The notes beneath the pieces were generated by a model. It did no database searches and was not told the origin of the DNA. It was given only the letters and a program-made list of their open reading frames with translations. A program made the position numbers and the translations under genes. DNA of 32,000 nt from Demequinaceae bacterium (GTDB lineage: Bacteria; Actinomycetota; Actinomycetes; Actinomycetales; Demequinaceae): NCBI GenBank assembly GCA_965250005.1, contig OZ252279.1:1950001-1982000 (forward strand), given 5' to 3'. Below are positions 26,300 through 32,000 of the stretch, piece by piece (position 1 is the first letter of the stretch; each line of letters opens with the position of its first letter).

Positions 26300-26922
26300 G
26301 AGCGTTCCGTGCGCGCGACGGCATCGCGGTCGCAGAACTTGATTCCGACGAACGGAAGGTTGTCGCCCGTATCGTGGCAGACGTGGGCCTGCTCCTTGGC
26401 GACGAGGTTTTTGGCATGGACACGTCGACCTCTCACGGTGACGACGAGGAATACATCTTCCGGCACCTGCGCGGGCTGGAGGAGTCCCTCGCTGCGCCAG
26501 ACGACCCAGCTATCCTGCGACTGCTCCCCAACGCGTCGGACGACCGCGAGGTGTCTGACGAGTTTCGGCGCCTCACCGAGCCGGATCTGCGCACGCTCAA
26601 GGTGGACCGCCTGCGCCGCGTGTGGGAGCAACTGAGCGAAGAGGGCCCGGAGTGGTCGGTCGCCCTCGAACAAGTTCTGCCCACAGCGGCGGCGCTAACG
26701 GATGTCCGACTGGTGATCGCCTCGCGACTGGGCCTGGACACCGACGAGGACGCGGAACGGTTGCACGCCGAGATTGAGCTTGCCGCGCACGCGATGGAGA
26801 CGGACGCGGATGAGCAGTTGGGAGTGGATCCCGAGCGGGTGTGGCTAGGAATGCTCTATCGAGCCCTCACCTGGTTGCAGGACTCGCTCGTCGGAATCGT
26901 GACGGAGGACGGCGATGAGTAA
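26296..26922 (+). CDS. DUF2017 domain-containing protein (conserved partner downstream of clpS in Actinomycetota)
   Basis: In-frame GTG at 26296 inside ORF 26071..26922 overlaps the clpS stop (GTGA). Acidic protein of 208 aa, ...[27 protein letters not shown].... Synteny with clpS supports the call. Confidence 0.75.
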   Translation: MRAFRARDGIAVAELDSDERKVVARIVADVGLLLGDEVFGMDTSTSHGDDEEYIFRHLRGLEESLAAPDDPAILRLLPNASDDREVSDEFRRLTEPDLRTLKVDRLRRVWEQLSEEGPEWSVALEQVLPTAAALTDVRLVIASRLGLDTDEDAERLHAEIELAAHAMETDADEQLGVDPERVWLGMLYRALTWLQDSLVGIVTEDGDE

Positions 26923-27721
26923 CGCTCCTATTGGGGTATTTGATTCGGGAGTGGGAGGGCTGACGGTCGCACGCGCCATCATGGACGTGCTACCGAACGA
27001 GGCGATCCACTACGTGGGCGACACCGCCCACGGACCGTACGGTCCGCTTCCCATCGCCGACGTACGCCGGCACGCGCTCGAGATCATGGATTCGCTCGTC
27101 GAGGGCGGCGTCAAGATGCTCGTGATCGCGTGCAACAGTGCATCGGCCGCTGTGCTGCGTGACGCGCGCGAACGCTTCGCTCAGGACCGCGGCGTGCCCG
27201 TGCTTGAGGTGATCGTGCCCGCTGTTCGGCGTGCTTCGCAACTCACCCGTAGCGGCAGAATCGGTGTGATCGGCACCGTCGCCACCGTCACCTCGGGCGC
27301 CTACGAGGACGCCCTCGCCGCGGCGCCCGGACTTGAGGTAACGTCGCAAGCGTGCCCGCGGTTTGTCGAACTTGTTGAGGCCGGGATCACGTCGGGCGCT
27401 GAAGTCATCTCCGTGGCGCGCGAGTATCTTCAGCCCCTTCAGGCCGCGGACGTAGATACCGTCATTCTTGGTTGCACGCACTACCCGATGCTCCAGGGGG
27501 CTCTTGGCTACGTGCTGGGAGAGGGCGTGACTCTCGTGGACAGCGCAACCGAGACGGCGATGGACGTCTACCGAGAGCTTGCTCGCCAGGGCATCGAGCG
27601 GACCGCAACGAAGCGACCAGAGCACCGCTTTGGGGCAACCGGCGAGACCCGCCGGTTCGAAGAACTGGCGCAGCGGTTCCTCGGGCCCGTGGTTGGCACT
27701 GTGGAGGGCGCGAGCCAATGA
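26915..27721 (+). CDS. murI: Glutamate racemase
   Basis: [13 protein letters not shown], ...VIACNSASA..., ...LGCTHYP... with both catalytic Cys motifs present. Confidence 0.95.
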   Translation: MSNAPIGVFDSGVGGLTVARAIMDVLPNEAIHYVGDTAHGPYGPLPIADVRRHALEIMDSLVEGGVKMLVIACNSASAAVLRDARERFAQDRGVPVLEVIVPAVRRASQLTRSGRIGVIGTVATVTSGAYEDALAAAPGLEVTSQACPRFVELVEAGITSGAEVISVAREYLQPLQAADVDTVILGCTHYPMLQGALGYVLGEGVTLVDSATETAMDVYRELARQGIERTATKRPEHRFGATGETRRFEELAQRFLGPVVGTVEGASQ

Positions 27722-28488
27722 AGTTGCGGGTGGTCGGATGCTCCGGCGGCGTGCCCGGGCCCGCGTCGGCAGCATCGTGCTACCTGCTCGAAGCAACGCA
27801 GGGCGGTCGCACATGGCGCCTGGTATTGGACTTGGGAAGCGGGTCGCTCGGCACGCTCCAGCGTTGGTGCGACCCGCGTGACGTTGATGCGATAGCCATC
27901 ACCCACCTTCATCCCGACCACTGCGCCGATCTTGCTCCCATGCACGTGTACCTGGCGCACCACCCAGACGGGGAGTCGCGACCCGTCCCCATCTTCGCGC
28001 CGTTCGGAACGCTTTCGCGCATCAACCAACTCCGCGGCGCCGCGGAACCGAGCCAGGTGCTCGACGTTCACGCGTGGCAGACGGGTGTGATGGTTGAGGT
28101 GGGCCCGCTTCGAGTGACCAGTGAGGCCGTTGACCATCCCGTCCCTGCATACGCCTTGCGTATTGAGGGCCCCCGCGAGGACGGATCGGGGAATGCGGTT
28201 ATCGCCTATTCGGGGGACTCCGATATGTGCCAGGGGCTCGATGTCGCCGCGGCTGGCGCCGATATTTTTTTGTGCGAGGCCACTTACCTTGCATCCCAAA
28301 CGTCAGAGGCTGGGGTTCACCTGACCGCCCGGCGAGCGGGACAGACGGCGGGGCGAGCCGGTGTCGGCAAGCTCGTGCTTACGCACATTCCGCCGTGGAC
28401 AGATCCGAACGAGAGCCTTGCGGAAGCGCGCGAGGTATACGACGGCGATCTCATGTTGGCTGTTTCTGGGCTTCAACTGGCGCTCTAG
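27718..28488 (+). CDS. MBL-fold metallo-hydrolase, positional equivalent of the mycobacterial Rv1339-type cyclic-nucleotide phosphodiesterase
   Basis: ATG 27718 (ATGA overlap with the murI stop) inside ORF 27472..28488. [11 protein letters not shown]..., metal motif [10 protein letters not shown]. The murI-MBL-rph-rdgB order matches M. tuberculosis Rv1338-Rv1341. Confidence 0.8.
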   Translation: MKLRVVGCSGGVPGPASAASCYLLEATQGGRTWRLVLDLGSGSLGTLQRWCDPRDVDAIAITHLHPDHCADLAPMHVYLAHHPDGESRPVPIFAPFGTLSRINQLRGAAEPSQVLDVHAWQTGVMVEVGPLRVTSEAVDHPVPAYALRIEGPREDGSGNAVIAYSGDSDMCQGLDVAAAGADIFLCEATYLASQTSEAGVHLTARRAGQTAGRAGVGKLVLTHIPPWTDPNESLAEAREVYDGDLMLAVSGLQLAL

Positions 28489-28504
28489 CGATTAGGCTCA
28501 AGCC

Positions 28505-29239
28505 ATGACAGATGCCGTTCGCGCCGATGGCCGCGCTCTCGACCAACTTCGCCCAGTCACGTTCGAACGCGATTGGCAACAGTCCGCGGAGGGCTCGTGC
28601 CTCATGTCGTTCGGGGACACCAAGGTGCTTTGCGCAGCTTCGTTCACGCCGGGCGTCCCGCGCTGGAAAAAGGGAGGCGGCGAGGGCTGGGTGACCGCCG
28701 AGTACGCCATGCTTCCGCGAGCAACGGGAAGCCGCAATTCGCGCGAGAGCGTGCGCGGCAAGATTGGCGGGCGTACCCACGAGATTTCTCGGCTGATCGG
28801 CCGCTCGCTACGGGCCATTGTTGACGTCAAGGCACTCGGAGAGAACACCATCATGCTGGACTGCGACGTGCTCCAGGCTGACGGAGGCACTCGCACCGCA
28901 GCCATCACCGGCGCCTACCTCGCGCTTGCCGATGCCGTGGCTTGGGGCAAGGAAAACGGCGCCATTCCCGCTACTGCGAGCCCGCTTCTCGACACGGTCA
29001 GCGCGATCAGCGTCGGAATCGTCGACGGAACTCCCATGCTCGATTTACCCTATGTCGAGGACGTGCGAGCGGAGACCGATATGAATGTAGTCATGACAGG
29101 CAGAGGCTTGTTTGTCGAGGTGCAGGGCACCGCGGAGGCCGCCCCGTTCGACAAGTCTGAACTCGATGCGATGCTCGCGCTCGCAACTGCGGGAAACGCC
29201 ACCCTGGCAACCGCCCAAGTTGCCGCGCTGGACGGCTAG
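28505..29239 (+). CDS. rph: Ribonuclease PH
   Basis: 244 aa. ...[19 protein letters not shown]...[19 protein letters not shown]...[19 protein letters not shown]... Confidence 0.95.
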   Translation: MTDAVRADGRALDQLRPVTFERDWQQSAEGSCLMSFGDTKVLCAASFTPGVPRWKKGGGEGWVTAEYAMLPRATGSRNSRESVRGKIGGRTHEISRLIGRSLRAIVDVKALGENTIMLDCDVLQADGGTRTAAITGAYLALADAVAWGKENGAIPATASPLLDTVSAISVGIVDGTPMLDLPYVEDVRAETDMNVVMTGRGLFVEVQGTAEAAPFDKSELDAMLALATAGNATLATAQVAALDG

Positions 29240-29241
29240 CG

Positions 29242-30699
29242 ATGGCGGTCGAACTTGGTGCGCGCCTGGCTATCGCGACGCATAACATGCACAAGGCGCG
29301 CGAGATCATGGACATCCTCGCGGACACCGTCCCTGATCTGACTCCTCGACAAGTTGTCACATCCAAGGACGTGGGTTCAGTCGCTCCCGACGAGACCGGA
29401 TCCTCGTTCGAAGAGAATGCGCTCATCAAGGCTCGCGCGCTCGCCCGTGACACGGGATTGCTGTCAATTGCCGACGACTCCGGGCTGTGCGTCGAGGTAA
29501 TGAACGGATCGCCCGGCATCTTCAGCGCGCGGTGGGCGGGAACGCTTGGCGACGACGCGGAGAATCTCAGCCTGCTAGTCGCGCAACTCGCGGACATCCC
29601 CGTTGCGCAGCGCGGCGCAAACTTCACGTGTGCGGCAGCCGCGGTGCTTCCTGACGGCACCGAAATCGTCAAGGTTGCGCGCGTTGAGGGAGACCTCACA
29701 ACTGCCCCGCGCGGAACTGGCGGGTTTGGCTACGACCCCATTTTCATGGCCGACGGCAAGGACGTCACCAACGCGGAGTTGTCCCCTAACGAGAAGAACG
29801 CCATGTCGCACCGGGGCCAAGCCTTCCGGGCACTCGCTGTTGAGATTGCGAAGCTCATCCCGTCCGAATCCGTGCCGATGACATCAGAAATCATGACGGT
29901 CGGCGCTGCCGCAGCGCAAGCCGCCGCGGCGGCAGCGCAAGCCGCCGCTGACGCCGCCGTAGGCGCGGCCAAAGAAGCTGCGGCTCAGGCCGCGGCCCTG
30001 TCAGGGACCAATCGGGCGCTGGCAGAAGAGGGCGGGCCCGCAGACACCGCACCAGCACCGTCGCCGCAGGGCGCGCCTGCCGAGCCGCGGGGAGTTGCCG
30101 CAACAGAAGCTCAGGCGCAGCCCGCTCCTTCTGCCGCCGTGTCGCAAGCCGTGGCGGAACCTGGGCGGGAAACATCACCTACACCGGATACCCCGCCTGA
30201 GCCTCTAGAGGGCGCTGGGTCGGAGCCCGCGCCGGGCTTCTTTGCCCCATCAGACATCATCAAGGCTGGGCTCAACGTGCTCGTGCTCGGCCCGGTGCCG
30301 TTCACGTTTGGCGAGGAGCCCCACTACTACCCGGCCGAAGGTGACCAGTTTTGGAAGTTACTCGCGAGCGCCGGGTTTACGCGGTCACTCATAAAGTCGG
30401 ACGAGGACCAAAAAGTGCTTTCCTACAGCGTCGGGCTGACGTGCGACGTAGACGGGATCAAAGACAAAGTTGAGCGCACGCGTCCCAAGTGGCTCGCTGT
30501 CAACGGCAAGGATGTCGCGGTCGCGCTCGGAAAGAATCTCGGCCGCCCGGCTCCCGGCTTCGGCGTACCTGAATGGCAGTTGGGAACGACCAAGATCTAC
30601 GTGCTCCCCGGCAGCGGAGCGGACGTGGTGGGTCCGTGGGGCTCCAAGACTTCGCGCCCAGCGTGGTGGAAGGATCTGGCCGAACTGATCCGCACGTAG
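29242..30699 (+). CDS. rdgB: RdgB/HAM1 dITP/XTP pyrophosphatase fused, via an Ala/Pro-rich linker, to a C-terminal MUG-like (UDG-superfamily) domain
   Basis: A single uninterrupted 485-codon frame. Residues 1-205 are a full RdgB (...ETGSSFEENALIKA...ADDSGLCV...FGYDPIF...MSHRGQAF...). Residues 206-332 are low complexity (AAAAQAAAAAAQAAADAA...PAPSPQGAPAEP...). Residues 333-485 align by eye with E. coli Mug (see findings). Confidence 0.8.
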   Translation: MAVELGARLAIATHNMHKAREIMDILADTVPDLTPRQVVTSKDVGSVAPDETGSSFEENALIKARALARDTGLLSIADDSGLCVEVMNGSPGIFSARWAGTLGDDAENLSLLVAQLADIPVAQRGANFTCAAAAVLPDGTEIVKVARVEGDLTTAPRGTGGFGYDPIFMADGKDVTNAELSPNEKNAMSHRGQAFRALAVEIAKLIPSESVPMTSEIMTVGAAAAQAAAAAAQAAADAAVGAAKEAAAQAAALSGTNRALAEEGGPADTAPAPSPQGAPAEPRGVAATEAQAQPAPSAAVSQAVAEPGRETSPTPDTPPEPLEGAGSEPAPGFFAPSDIIKAGLNVLVLGPVPFTFGEEPHYYPAEGDQFWKLLASAGFTRSLIKSDEDQKVLSYSVGLTCDVDGIKDKVERTRPKWLAVNGKDVAVALGKNLGRPAPGFGVPEWQLGTTKIYVLPGSGADVVGPWGSKTSRPAWWKDLAELIRT

Positions 30700-30735
30700 C
30701 CTCTGGCTCTTTGGGGGTGTGGCCGTCGTACCGCA

Positions 30736-31278
30736 CTAGTGCAGTGCGCCCACCGAAGCGAGACCTTGGCGAAGAAGCACGGCTTGACCTCCGTGCATCT
30801 CGCGCCCGATCTGGGCGCTTGCGGCCTCCTCTGGCGTGACCCAGGTGATGTCCAACGCGTCGCGAGACGGCTCGCAATCACCGTCGACGGGTACTACGAA
30901 TGCCAACGACACCGCGTGCTGACGCGAGTCGTAGAATTTTGACACCCCAATGGTAGGGAAGTACTCAGCGACGGTGAACGGCTGGGGCGACGGGGGGACA
31001 CGCGGCATGGCTACCGGTCCGAGGTCCTTCTCGATGTGGCGTACCAGGGCGTCGCGAATGCGCTCGTGGTACAGGACGCGCCCCGACACGAGGGCGCGAG
31101 TCATCGCGCCGTCGACCGCGCGCAACAGCAGGCCTACCTCGGTCACCTCACCGGTGGCGTTGATGCGCACGGGGATCGCATCGACGTAGACCATGGGAAG
31201 GGTCTTGCGGATGTAGTCCAACTCTTTGTCTGAGAGCCAGCCGCCAGGCTCGGGAGGTGCCTCGTCCACGTCGGTCAT
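30736..31278 (-). CDS. Nudix-fold-like protein with a degenerate Nudix box (DUF4916-like)
   Basis: ORF 30736..31308, with start moved to the ATG at 31278 (MTDVDEAPPEPGG...). GRVLYHERIRDALVRHIEKDLGP fits Gx5Ex7R, but the REUxEE catalytic glutamates are replaced (RHIEKD). Confidence 0.6.
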   Translation of the reverse strand: MTDVDEAPPEPGGWLSDKELDYIRKTLPMVYVDAIPVRINATGEVTEVGLLLRAVDGAMTRALVSGRVLYHERIRDALVRHIEKDLGPVAMPRVPPSPQPFTVAEYFPTIGVSKFYDSRQHAVSLAFVVPVDGDCEPSRDALDITWVTPEEAASAQIGREMHGGQAVLLRQGLASVGALH

Positions 31279-31409
31279 ACCATATTTGTACCTTGTCGGT
31301 GCGCCCAATTCACGCCCCGCGCCGGGGTATGTGAGGCTTATTGTGGAATACGTTCGTGGTAGCCCGCGTTATCGCATCCGGAAGCACGTGGCCACATGAA
31401 AGGAACAAC

Positions 31410-31781
31410 ATGGCAACCGTGGAACTCACCACAGAAACGTTTGATCAAACAGTGAGCAAGGACGGCATCGTCCTTGTGGACTTCTGGGCGGAATGGTGCG
31501 GGCCGTGTAAGCGATTCGGGCCCATCTTCGAGGAGTCGTCAGAGAAGTACGGTCAGATCACTCACGCCAAGGTTGACACCGAAGCTCACGGCGAACTGGG
31601 AGCGAAGTTTGGCGTCACGGCCATTCCTACCCTCATGGCATTTCGCGATGGCGTCATGGTCTTCAACCAGGCGGGCGCTCTTCCGGCTCCCGCACTACAG
31701 CAGGTGATCGATGCCGTCGAGGGCCTCGACATGGAAGACGTCCGCAAGCAGATCGCGGAGCACAATTCCGACCACGCCTAG
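31410..31781 (+). CDS. trxA: Thioredoxin
   Basis: ATG 31410 (GAAAGGAA upstream) inside ORF 31341..31781. ...VLVDFWAEWCGPCKRFGPIFEE...TAIPTLMAFRDG... Confidence 0.93.
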   Translation: MATVELTTETFDQTVSKDGIVLVDFWAEWCGPCKRFGPIFEESSEKYGQITHAKVDTEAHGELGAKFGVTAIPTLMAFRDGVMVFNQAGALPAPALQQVIDAVEGLDMEDVRKQIAEHNSDHA

Positions 31782-31812
31782 TGTCACATCACCTTGTCCC
31801 GGCGAGGATAAC

Positions 31813-31844
31813 GGAGGCCCCTCCTGAGTCCAGGAGGGGCCTCC
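31813..31844. terminator. Perfect 12-bp stem-loop between trxA and the convergent tRNA (possible bidirectional terminator)
   Basis: GGAGGCCCCTCC-TGAGTCCA-GGAGGGGCCTCC followed by GTTTCG. Lies 31 nt after the trxA stop and 10 nt beyond the tRNA 3' end on the other strand. Confidence 0.6.
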
Positions 31845-31854
31845 GTTTCGCCAG

Positions 31855-31939
31855 TGGTGCGCGAGGGGGGACTTGAACCCCCACGTCCGAAGACACTGGT
31901 ACCTAAAACCAGCGCGTCTGCCAATTCCGCCACTCGCGC
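31855..31939 (-). tRNA. tRNA-Leu (anticodon UAG), CCA encoded
   Basis: The reverse complement reads GCGCGAG-TG-GCGGAATTGGCAGACGCG-CTGGT-TTTAGGT-ACCAG-TGTCTTCGGACGT-GGGGG-TTCAAGT-CCCCC-CTCGCGC-ACCA. It has a 7-bp acceptor stem, a TAG anticodon flanked by T33 and G37, the long variable arm typical of Leu, and a canonical T-loop. Confidence 0.92.
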
Positions 31940-32000
31940 GAGTAACCCAGGATACGGCCTTTCGGCGGGGACCTTCGCGCGGGTGAGTCGCTAGGAGAGC

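Noticed and set aside
30733-30742. Perfect 10-bp palindrome GCACTAGTGC between the rdgB fusion and the Nudix-like gene
   Set aside because: It overlaps the stop codon of the minus-strand gene and is too short, with no loop, to be a terminator. Probably chance.
31940-32000. Possible start or end of another gene at the right edge
   Set aside because: Only 61 nt are available with no diagnostic motif, so no call can be supported.

Overview
High-GC (roughly 68-70%), densely coding chromosomal segment with an Actinomycetota-type gene order. I see no integrase, transposase, CRISPR array or phage genes, so this looks like core genome rather than an accessory island. Left to right:
- A TetR regulator (cut by the left edge) divergent from a membrane protein.
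- A rhodanese lipoprotein and a TehA/SLAC1-type channel.
- The three-gene NAD(P) transhydrogenase operon (pntAA-pntAB-pntB, minus strand).
- An OFA-family MFS transporter with a translationally coupled 38-codon partner that is below the ORF-track cutoff.
- adhE and an M15 peptidase lipoprotein.
- The division/trans-translation block: ftsE, ftsX, a coiled-coil M23 hydrolase, smpB, a DUF2207 protein and tmRNA (ssrA).
- A GNAT acetyltransferase, a membrane desaturase, an arsR-CDF metal efflux pair, a DUF817 protein, a Ca2+/Na+ antiporter and an ABC exporter pair.
- The conserved block DUF3039, clpS, DUF2017, murI, an MBL-fold hydrolase, rph and rdgB.
- A degenerate Nudix-like gene, trxA and tRNA-Leu(UAG).

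The most unusual object is the rdgB ORF. It does not stop at about 200 aa. It continues in frame through an Ala/Pro-rich linker of about 125 aa into a domain of about 150 aa that aligns by eye with MUG-type (UDG-superfamily) DNA glycosylases but lacks their canonical catalytic motifs.

Smaller observations:
- A 20-bp tandem duplication creates a 7-codon uORF and a Shine-Dalgarno sequence at the M15 peptidase start.
- A 14-bp tandem repeat lies in the long adhE leader.
- Short coding repeats occur in three genes.
- There are putative operators for the TetR and ArsR regulators.

Many long ORFs in the supplied track are antisense shadow ORFs typical of high-GC DNA and are rejected.
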